Origin: a bacterium
Lineage (GTDB): Bacteria; Zhuqueibacterota; Zhuqueibacteria; Residuimicrobiales; Krinioviventaceae
Length of the DNA stretch: 64,000 nucleotides
Assembly: GCA_963693055.1 (NCBI GenBank)
Contig: OY843751.1
Location: forward strand, 5,792,001-5,856,000
Direction: 5' to 3'
The position numbers were made by a program, and so were the translations under genes. This document shows positions 41,224 to 50,755 of this stretch, one piece after another (position 1 is the stretch's first letter; each line of letters starts with the position of its first letter). The notes beneath the pieces were generated by a model that saw only the letters and a list, made by a program, of their open reading frames with translations, had not been told where the DNA came from and did not search any database.

Positions 41224-41977
41224 GTTTTATTATTTCCTCAGCCAAACCCATATAGTTCTCACTTCCTGCGGAAACAGCATCATACAAAATTATTGGCTTT
41301 CCAAAGCTGGGTGCTTCGCTCAACCGTACATTTCGGGTAATTATGGAATTAAACACTCGTCCATCAAAATATTTTCGTACATCTTCTGCAACCTGGCGTG
41401 ATAGATTCAAGCGGGAATCGTACATCGTCAATAACACACCTTCTATCTCTAGCTCTTTATTCAAGTGCTTTTGCACCAAACGTATAGTGTTTAACAGTTG
41501 ACCCAATCCTTCCAAAGCATAATATTCACACTGGATAGGAATCAACACAGAATCCGATGCTGTTAATGCATTAACTGTCAATAAACCCAAAGAGGGCGGA
41601 CAATCAATCAAGATATAATCAAAGTCGTCTTTAATCTGCTTTAACGCTTGCTTTAATTTATGTTCGCGTGAAATGGCAGACACCAGTTCTACTTCGGCGC
41701 CAACCAAATTGATTGACGATGGTAAGAGCTTTAAATAATCAAGCTCTGTATCAATGATTAAATCCTGAGGATTGTCTTCATTTATAATTGCGTCATAGAT
41801 GGTTTTGTTCATATCTTTGGAATTAAAGCCCAAACCACTGACGCTATTCGCTTGTGGGTCCATATCAACAAGCAATGTACTGAATTCAGCAACTGCAAGG
41901 CACGCTGCTAAATTCACAGAGGTTGTTGTTTTGCCAACGCCTCCTTTTTGATTTGCTATTGATATTATTTTGCCCAT
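41198..41977 (-). CDS. parA: Chromosome partitioning ATPase ParA/Soj
   Basis: NQKGGVGKTT, DPQAN, DCPPSLG and EAPSFG motifs. Confidence 0.97.
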   Translation of the reverse strand: MGKIISIANQKGGVGKTTTSVNLAACLAVAEFSTLLVDMDPQANSVSGLGFNSKDMNKTIYDAIINEDNPQDLIIDTELDYLKLLPSSINLVGAEVELVSAISREHKLKQALKQIKDDFDYILIDCPPSLGLLTVNALTASDSVLIPIQCEYYALEGLGQLLNTIRLVQKHLNKELEIEGVLLTMYDSRLNLSRQVAEDVRKYFDGRVFNSIITRNVRLSEAPSFGKPIILYDAVSAGSENYMGLAEEIIKHGEQKSAG

Positions 41978-42013
41978 TTATTCAGGTATTCTCCATTATT
42001 CTCAAGAAATTAA

Positions 42014-42042
42014 AATATAACGCATTTAGGGTACAAAATCAA
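42014..42042 (-). promoter_or_regulatory. Sigma70-type promoter upstream of parA
   Basis: TTGATT-17 nt-TATATT. Confidence 0.6.
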
Positions 42043-42108
42043 TAAAAAGTTTTTACATCACTTTCCCATTATAACGCTCAAAACTTGTAAATGATCCGGT
42101 AATTTTAC

Positions 42109-42137
42109 TTGACTCTGAATTAAAAATCGTGTATGTT
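42109..42137 (+). promoter_or_regulatory. Sigma70-type promoter upstream of proline dehydrogenase
   Basis: TTGACT-17 nt-TATGTT. Confidence 0.55.
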
Positions 42138-42180
42138 GGTTTGAAAAATTCCTTTCCTGTAGAAATATGAGGTGCGTATA

Positions 42181-43095
42181 ATGCAGATTCTTCATCATCT
42201 CATCGTCAGGTTAATACCCCTTGTTCCCAAACCTTTAGTCCGTATTGTATCCAAACCATATGTTGCGGGTCCTCACCTCAAAGATGCGGTCGTTGCCGTC
42301 AAAGACCTTAATTCTCAGGGTGCGGTCTGTACAATGGATGTTCTGGGGGAAAGCGCAAAAGAACTTGACGAGTGCAAAGCAGCAGTTACCGAATACCTAA
42401 CCGTTTTAGACACCATCATTACCGAAAACCTAAACTGTAACATTTCTCTGAAACCTACTCAACTGGGCCTCTTGATTGACAAAGAAGCGTGTTACCAAAA
42501 CATCAGAACTATTGTTGAAAAGGCCAAGTCTCTGGATATCTTTGTGCGAATTGACATGGAAGATGTTACCTGCACATCAGATACCATTGCGTTGTTCAAA
42601 AGATTCAAAAAAGAGTTTGACAATGTTGGCATTGTATTGCAAGCCTACTTGCGCAGAAGCATTGCCGACATTAACGATCTAATTGGCCTGGGCACAAATT
42701 TCAGATTATGTAAAGGTATTTACAACGAACCCCGTGCACATGCTTTTAAAGATCCTAAAATTATTAACCAAAATTTTGGTTATTTGCTATACAAATCTCT
42801 TTCCGCGTCCTGTTATGTGGGTGTGGCCACACATGACGAGCAAATTGTATGGGAAACCCTTGAACTGATTGACCAGCTTGGCCTTGAGCACGACGAATAT
42901 GAATTTCAAATGCTTTTGGGTGTGGAAGAAGAATTGCGTAAAATCCTTATAGATGAAGGACATGTATTGCGGGTTTATGTTCCATATGGCGTCAACTGGT
43001 ACGCTTATTCAATGCGAAGACTCAAAGAGAACCCCAAAATAGCAATGTACATTATTAAAGCATTAATCTGTAAAGTGTTTAAACGCGGCAAATAA
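42181..43095 (+). CDS. Monofunctional proline dehydrogenase
   Basis: DVLGE, SLKPTQLG, IDMED, VLQAYLRRS, RLCKGIY, ATHD, EFQMLLG and YSMRRLKE motifs. The ATG at 42181 follows GAGGTG. Confidence 0.93.
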   Translation: MQILHHLIVRLIPLVPKPLVRIVSKPYVAGPHLKDAVVAVKDLNSQGAVCTMDVLGESAKELDECKAAVTEYLTVLDTIITENLNCNISLKPTQLGLLIDKEACYQNIRTIVEKAKSLDIFVRIDMEDVTCTSDTIALFKRFKKEFDNVGIVLQAYLRRSIADINDLIGLGTNFRLCKGIYNEPRAHAFKDPKIINQNFGYLLYKSLSASCYVGVATHDEQIVWETLELIDQLGLEHDEYEFQMLLGVEEELRKILIDEGHVLRVYVPYGVNWYAYSMRRLKENPKIAMYIIKALICKVFKRGK

Positions 43096-43104
43096 ATAGG
43101 TTGA

Positions 43105-45300
<2,196 letters not shown>

Positions 45301-45310
45301 GAGTAACAAA

Positions 45311-46123
45311 ATGAATATAAAAAAATCATTAATGCTTTATGCATTTCTAACTTTAGCTGCTATCTTGACTCTTTCCTGCGCGGGAACAAAGCAAGACACC
45401 TCTTCATTACCTGGTTTTGTACCCGTGTCTGAAGAGATCTTTATGGGTACAGAGCTTTCAAAGGAATACAATACAAACACGCCTTTGGTGAATAACGAAC
45501 CTCTGCTCCAATACCTTAACGACCTTGCAGACAGCTTGAGCCGATACGCAGAAGTTCAAAGCTTTGATTGTAAAGTATATGTTGTTGACATGCCGGATTT
45601 GAACCACTTTTCTTTTCCGGGTGGTCACATTTATATCTACCGGGGTTTGATTGAAGCATCTCAAAACCTGAATGAAATTGTATTTGTTATTTCACATGAA
45701 ATTGCTCATATCTCTGCCCGTGACGGCCTCGAACGGATATACAGTATGTATCCTTATGCGTTTGCAGCTCAAAGCGTGTTGGGGTATAATCCTGAAATCA
45801 CAACGCAAATCATAGAAAAGCTTTTTTCTAACGAGTCTATATTAAACTATGGCAGAGAATCAGAACTTTCAGCAGACGAAAAAGCAATAGAGTATACGTT
45901 TCGCGCAAATTATAACCCCAAAGGTATTATAAAAAATCTGGAAAATATCAATACTGCTATTTTAAACAGTCCAAGTCTTGTTTCTTTGATGCTAAAAACG
46001 CACCCCTTGCCAGAGCGCAGGCTTTCAAACATAAATCAGGATATTGACAGACTGGTGATAACATCAACGCTTGTAGAAAACACCCCGGAATTTACTACTT
46101 TGAAATCAACCTTGTCTGAATAA
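45311..46123 (+). CDS. M48-family metallopeptidase lipoprotein
   Basis: Lipobox TLSC. PGGHIYI, HEIAH, ELSAD and THP motifs. Confidence 0.9.
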   Translation: MNIKKSLMLYAFLTLAAILTLSCAGTKQDTSSLPGFVPVSEEIFMGTELSKEYNTNTPLVNNEPLLQYLNDLADSLSRYAEVQSFDCKVYVVDMPDLNHFSFPGGHIYIYRGLIEASQNLNEIVFVISHEIAHISARDGLERIYSMYPYAFAAQSVLGYNPEITTQIIEKLFSNESILNYGRESELSADEKAIEYTFRANYNPKGIIKNLENINTAILNSPSLVSLMLKTHPLPERRLSNINQDIDRLVITSTLVENTPEFTTLKSTLSE

Positions 46124-46126
46124 TAA

Positions 46127-46153
46127 AGCCCGATGATTAACCATCACCGGGCT
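46127..46153. terminator. Hairpin between convergent genes (likely bidirectional terminator)
   Basis: AGCCCGATGAT/ATCACCGGGCT inverted repeat located between two stop codons. Confidence 0.6.
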
Positions 46154-46157
46154 AAAA

Positions 46158-46943
46158 TTACTTCATTAAGGTTAAAGATTTTGTATCTTTAAAATCTCCA
46201 GCGTGAATGCTGTAAAAATATACCCCGGAAGGCACCTGAAATCCTTTATCATTCATACCATTCCACATTACACTAAACTTTCCGGCTTGCATGGGCTGGT
46301 CTACCAGAGAGCGAACTTTTTGCCCCAATGCATTAAAAATCTCCAATTTTACATGTTCAGCAGCAGCAATACTGTACTGAATACGCGTATTGGGATTAAA
46401 GGGATTGGGATAGTTTTGTGCCAGTTCAAATTGTGTAATCGTTTTAGAACCATCATTAATACCCGTATCAATGGTTTTAATTAAAAAACTACTGTTAGAC
46501 AGGGTATAAGGAAGTTTCTCATTATCCACATCAGAAACAGTAACCTCTTCAAAGGTTAATTCATATTCCTGACCGGCTGGTGCATCTTCAGACACACTAT
46601 AGGCGATGTAAAGTATATTAGCCGTCTGTGGTTCAATGGTTCTGGTTTTACTTTGCAGTAAAAGAATTTCAGAAGTATTGAGCTCAGGATAATAGTTATA
46701 AGAAAACAGTTGTGATCTCTGAATGTTTTCAGTCCAAATAGAATCAACTGTCAGATAATCACTATTATCTATCAAACGAAATTGTATACCTCGTATTGTA
46801 TCTTCATTTGCAAGGTTCAGATACACCAAATTACCAACACTTCCGGGTGTTCCGCTTCCATTGCTTAAACTTAACGAGTTGACCCCTGCAAAAGCACTGC
46901 CTGCAGCAATCATTAATAAAATCAGTATCTTGTAAACTTTCAT
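46158..46943 (-). CDS. Secreted cohesin-like domain protein with T9SS type-A/FlgD-Ig sorting domain
   Basis: Signal peptide. Cohesin-like LNLANEDTIRGIQFRL. Sorting domain FELAQNYPNPFNPNT...WNG...SGVYFY...K. Confidence 0.8.
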   Translation of the reverse strand: MKVYKILILLMIAAGSAFAGVNSLSLSNGSGTPGSVGNLVYLNLANEDTIRGIQFRLIDNSDYLTVDSIWTENIQRSQLFSYNYYPELNTSEILLLQSKTRTIEPQTANILYIAYSVSEDAPAGQEYELTFEEVTVSDVDNEKLPYTLSNSSFLIKTIDTGINDGSKTITQFELAQNYPNPFNPNTRIQYSIAAAEHVKLEIFNALGQKVRSLVDQPMQAGKFSVMWNGMNDKGFQVPSGVYFYSIHAGDFKDTKSLTLMK

Positions 46944-46986
46944 CTCTCACCCCAAAACAATTTAAAATTGATTGGTTAATATATAT

Positions 46987-47012
46987 GGGAGCAGTAAAAA
47001 ATTACTGCTCCC
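46987..47012. other. Perfect intergenic stem-loop without a U tract
   Basis: GGGAGCAGTAA-aaaa-TTACTGCTCCC, an 11-bp stem. Confidence 0.75.
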
Positions 47013-47036
47013 TAAATTCATCTATTCATTAATCTA

Positions 47037-48821
47037 TTATGGATTAGCCAAATCTACTACTGCAAGCGCATCGTAAACATCAATGTCACCATCCTGGTCA
47101 ATATCGCCCGCTAAACGCTCAATATCAGTTGCTGGATCACCGGTGCCCAAAATGATTTCTGCCATACGATCGATATCATCGTTATCAACAGTACCGGTTG
47201 GTACAATATCGCCGGTAAGTACATAATGGAACAAACCGGAAACCAGTGAAGGAACAACTGCCTGGTTGTTGTCATCAGATAATGCTACATTTGAAAAAGT
47301 CAAAGATGACGTTGTACCATAAGTAACTGCAGGATCAATATGGAAATTAATTTGAGCAATAGCGCCTGAACCTGCCGGAATAGAAGTAAAAGAGGTTGTA
47401 TTGGCTATAAGTACCTGAACATAAGTTCCAGATTCATCAAAAGTTACATCAAAAGTAGATGCACGTCCAACACCAAGCACATCTGTTGCAGTCAATTCGT
47501 TAGGAGTATCTGTCAAACGGAACAATACACCACGAATAGGTACCTGGTTTTCAAGCAAAACATTGATTGTTACATCTTCATCCTGTTCACCACTGCCGCT
47601 CTGCACAGACAATACAACTTGAGAAGATGAAATGTTAAATACGGCATCACTCTGGTCTGTTGGGCTTGCATCGGTATCTTGAACCCTTACCAAAGCTGTA
47701 GAAGTGGTAACTGTTGGAACGGTCCAGGAATAGCTGCCATCATTAGGTGTACTGGCAACAATAGAGGTCCAGGTGGTTCCACTGTCAGTTGAATAAGAGA
47801 TTGAAACGTTTGCAATAGTACCTTCAGATGTCCAAGTAATATCGTGAGCAGAGCTTGATGCCCAGGTTTCGCCACCGTTAGGACTGGTAACTGTAACCGT
47901 TTGAACTTCGGCAGTAATTTCAAATGTAGCAGTACTAATACCCCATGGAACACCATCAGCAGCATCAGAAACTCTTACAAGACAGTTCTCGGATGGAGCA
48001 TTAGGAATCGTCCATGCATAGGTACCGGTATTGGTTGTAGAAGAAACAATATCGGTCCAGGTAGCGCCGCTATCTGTAGAATATTCAATCTGAACATCAT
48101 CAGAAAATTCAGAAATATCCCAGGCAATTGTTTCAGCAGAGCCAACCAACCAAACTTCTCCACCTGAAGGTGAAGTAACATCAATTGTTTCTGCTCGGAG
48201 TGTAAAATCGTCAACATTATTGCTTGAATTACCAAAAAGAGCAACACCGGAATAATAGAAATAGCTATTTCCGTACAATTTGCCGGCATCCGTAACACGA
48301 CCATCTAAATTACCATTGATATAAAAATCAAAATGGTAACCACTGGCGTCAGAAGATGCAGCAACCGTAATTTTGTCGCCAGCTGTAGGCGCACCAAGTG
48401 TAGCTGTAACTTTGGCAATTTCAGTCTCACGTATTACATTACCATTTACAACAGGAAGCAGGTACAGGTATTCATTACGACGCATTACCATGTAACCTTC
48501 AGCGTTTGATACATTCGAAGAAGACAAGAACATACAAAGACCAGATGCGTTAGCACCTGCTGTTGTAGCGGTTGATGCAAATGTCATAGATACTTCTGAA
48601 GGACTTGCCTGGGCAGTATATACTGCAACATAATCCCAGGAGCCAACTGTTGAAGTGTTTGACAATGTATTAGTTACAATTGCGTATTCGGGATCAGCGG
48701 ACCAGTTTGATCCTAATGATGCCCGGTTAAAATCATCCACTATGGTGACAGCACCCAAAGGCAATATAGATGCGCCAAGCAGGATGACGAGCATGATCGA
48801 GAAAATGGATTTAATTCTCAT
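47037..48821 (-). CDS. Secreted modular protein: beta-sandwich/lectin-like domain, two SPNGGE (Ser/Thr-rich, Asp-box) Ig-like repeats, cohesin-like domain, C-terminal dockerin
   Basis: Signal peptide. Repeats at about aa 212-302 and 308-397. Cohesin-like LENQVPIRGVLFRL. Dockerin duplicate GDIVPTGTVDNDD / GDIDQDGDIDVYD. Confidence 0.8.
   Translation of the reverse strand: MRIKSIFSIMLVILLGASILPLGAVTIVDDFNRASLGSNWSADPEYAIVTNTLSNTSTVGSWDYVAVYTAQASPSEVSMTFASTATTAGANASGLCMFLSSSNVSNAEGYMVMRRNEYLYLLPVVNGNVIRETEIAKVTATLGAPTAGDKITVAASSDASGYHFDFYINGNLDGRVTDAGKLYGNSYFYYSGVALFGNSSNNVDDFTLRAETIDVTSPSGGEVWLVGSAETIAWDISEFSDDVQIEYSTDSGATWTDIVSSTTNTGTYAWTIPNAPSENCLVRVSDAADGVPWGISTATFEITAEVQTVTVTSPNGGETWASSSAHDITWTSEGTIANVSISYSTDSGTTWTSIVASTPNDGSYSWTVPTVTTSTALVRVQDTDASPTDQSDAVFNISSSQVVLSVQSGSGEQDEDVTINVLLENQVPIRGVLFRLTDTPNELTATDVLGVGRASTFDVTFDESGTYVQVLIANTTSFTSIPAGSGAIAQINFHIDPAVTYGTTSSLTFSNVALSDDNNQAVVPSLVSGLFHYVLTGDIVPTGTVDNDDIDRMAEIILGTGDPATDIERLAGDIDQDGDIDVYDALAVVDLANP
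47631..48188 (-). repeat. Two tandem ~90-aa intragenic repeats
   Basis: VTSPSGGEVW...IEYSTDSGATW...GTYAWTIP...LVRVSD versus VTSPNGGETW...ISYSTDSGTTW...GSYSWTVP...LVRVQD. Confidence 0.85.
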
Positions 48822-48872
48822 TGTTAACCTCTATCTCTTTATTAATTTTTACCAATTCGTTATACCTGCTAA

Positions 48873-50312
48873 TTATTTCATGATAGCCAGTTTTTTGGTC
48901 AAAACCACGTCTCTGGCTGAAAATCTGTAAAAATAAACACCTGATGAAACTTCTCTACCATAATCGTCAGAACCATTCCAGTGAACAGTATAGCGACCAG
49001 CTGATTTGCTGTGATCTACCAGTGTTTTTACCAATTGACCACGGGTGTTAAAGATTTCCATTTTAACGGGTACTGAGCCATTTTCAATGCTTGGCACATC
49101 AAAAGTAATTGTTGTGTTCATGTTGAACGGATTTGGGCTGTTCTGATGCAAAGCAAATGTTTGAGGAACAATAGTAACATCTGAACTTTGACCGGTCATG
49201 GTCTGCAAAGCAGATCCGTTTTCAGAACCAGCAATTGCGTGGTTGATAGAAATTGCTGATGTTTCATTCAAAGCCTTGCGGATGGTTACAGGAATTGTCA
49301 TAACAGTTGATTCACCCATAGACAATGACTGTCCTTCAAGACCGCACATGATAACATTTAATTTTTTTCCGGCTTTTCTGCTAACAATACTCATACCAGA
49401 AGAAGCACTGGTGGTGCTGGGAGAACCAACAACATAATTATCAGATTCCATCTCGAGCTCAAACTGTAAACCATGCAATGCTGCCGAACTATTTACAGTA
49501 ACAGGTACATCAATTTTCCCTACAAAGTTTGCAGGTAAAGCAGGTAAAGAAATTTTTACGCTACCGGAAGTTTTGCTCAATGGAGTAACTCTGGCAGAAG
49601 AAGGTGCAACTGCCTGGTCCATTGCTTCACCTATATCAACAACAGTAATCAAACCGTCATCATCCCAATCGGCTGCCCAAAGTTCGTAAGAAGTGGGTGG
49701 GTCACCTCGATCAAGAGCAATATCAACAATACGCAAAACGTCAAACAAATCTACAACACCATTATAGATAACATCCAGTTTTTTACCAAACCAGAAACGT
49801 CCATTATCACGAATATTTGTAACCGGCGCATTTGTTGTTCCGGCAAGTTTAACATTGTTTAATGTCATGTCAGCAGTTGTTCCACCAGAGGCGCCATCCG
49901 CAACATCGACGGTTACAAAAAGAATTGTATCGCCGGTTGCATTTGTCTTTGCTTCCAGCAATGTTCCATCAGGGTCAATAGGAAGCATCAATACTTTTAA
50001 CGTACCCTCAACCTGTGTTGTATCAACTCTGAAATTTGCAGACTTTGTTGGTGTAGTAACACAGTTCAAGGCCGTTGTTGTAGAAATGCCTGTTACAAAT
50101 AAAGAATCCGGAAAATCAGACAAGGTAAAATACAATCCCTTAATTTCCGTTGTGTTTGAAAGTACGACAGCAAAAGTACCTGCCTGACCCGGTAACCCGT
50201 AACTGTCTGTAACTCTCAGTGTATCGGTTGTTGCCGAAAAACCCGGAACCAGCATCGTTCCGATCAGAATCAGGGTTATAATCAGGACTGGTATGGTTGA
50301 TGAGTGTTTCAT
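48873..50312 (-). CDS. Secreted cohesin-dockerin-cohesin protein with T9SS type-A/FlgD-Ig sorting domain
   Basis: Signal peptide (start placed at 50312 behind GGAGG). Cohesin-like LSNTTEIKGLYFTL and VNSSAALHGLQFEL. Dockerin DVIYNGVVDLFD / ADWDDDGLITVVD. Sorting domain FALHQNSPNPFN...SSGVYFY...K. Confidence 0.8.
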   Translation of the reverse strand: MKHSSTIPVLIITLILIGTMLVPGFSATTDTLRVTDSYGLPGQAGTFAVVLSNTTEIKGLYFTLSDFPDSLFVTGISTTTALNCVTTPTKSANFRVDTTQVEGTLKVLMLPIDPDGTLLEAKTNATGDTILFVTVDVADGASGGTTADMTLNNVKLAGTTNAPVTNIRDNGRFWFGKKLDVIYNGVVDLFDVLRIVDIALDRGDPPTSYELWAADWDDDGLITVVDIGEAMDQAVAPSSARVTPLSKTSGSVKISLPALPANFVGKIDVPVTVNSSAALHGLQFELEMESDNYVVGSPSTTSASSGMSIVSRKAGKKLNVIMCGLEGQSLSMGESTVMTIPVTIRKALNETSAISINHAIAGSENGSALQTMTGQSSDVTIVPQTFALHQNSPNPFNMNTTITFDVPSIENGSVPVKMEIFNTRGQLVKTLVDHSKSAGRYTVHWNGSDDYGREVSSGVYFYRFSARDVVLTKKLAIMK

Positions 50313-50602
50313 CATACCCTCCATTTATAATTTTGTTAAAAAGTAACTGCGATTTAATGGTACAAGCGGTTTTGTTAAAAAAGTGTTTCTTGTTGAAACG
50401 GTAACTCTAAAGTGATACAATCACAAATTAGTAATTGAACTCTTGTTCCCCACCTCCTTCCATTCGATATTTATCTTTATTTTTTTCATATCTATAATTG
50501 TCTGTTTTTTATTAAGTTACGACACTGTCAATCTTGGCTTTTTTTCAATCTGTTCGGAACAAGCGCTTACTTTGTATTGTGTCTCATTCTATACCCTATT
50601 AA

Positions 50603-50618
50603 AGCAAGGGTTATGCCA
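50603..50618 (-). promoter_or_regulatory. Sigma54 (RpoN) -24/-12 promoter
   Basis: Minus strand TGGCATAACCCTTGCT matches TGGCA-N6-TTGCW with exact GG-N10-GC spacing. Intergenic and oriented toward the scaffold genes. Confidence 0.7.
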
Positions 50619-50755
50619 CGATTTATCACAACTCTTTTAACTACCCGACACTATTTAATTTTTACCATTTTTCTATTGTATCAAGGGTTATTTTTATTTA
50701 CCTTTAGTTTGCTCGATTTGCAGATAAAAATATGAAAATTTTTACAGGAATTTTT

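Noticed and set aside
46158-50324. A bona fide cellulosome
   Set aside because: There is no glycoside hydrolase, CBM3 or SLH/sortase anchor in the cluster. Only a scaffold-like architecture is supported.
50443-50640. 65-aa plus-strand hydrophobic ORF upstream of glgP
   Set aside because: It is a low-complexity translation of AT-rich regulatory DNA overlapping the sigma54 site, and it has no SD.
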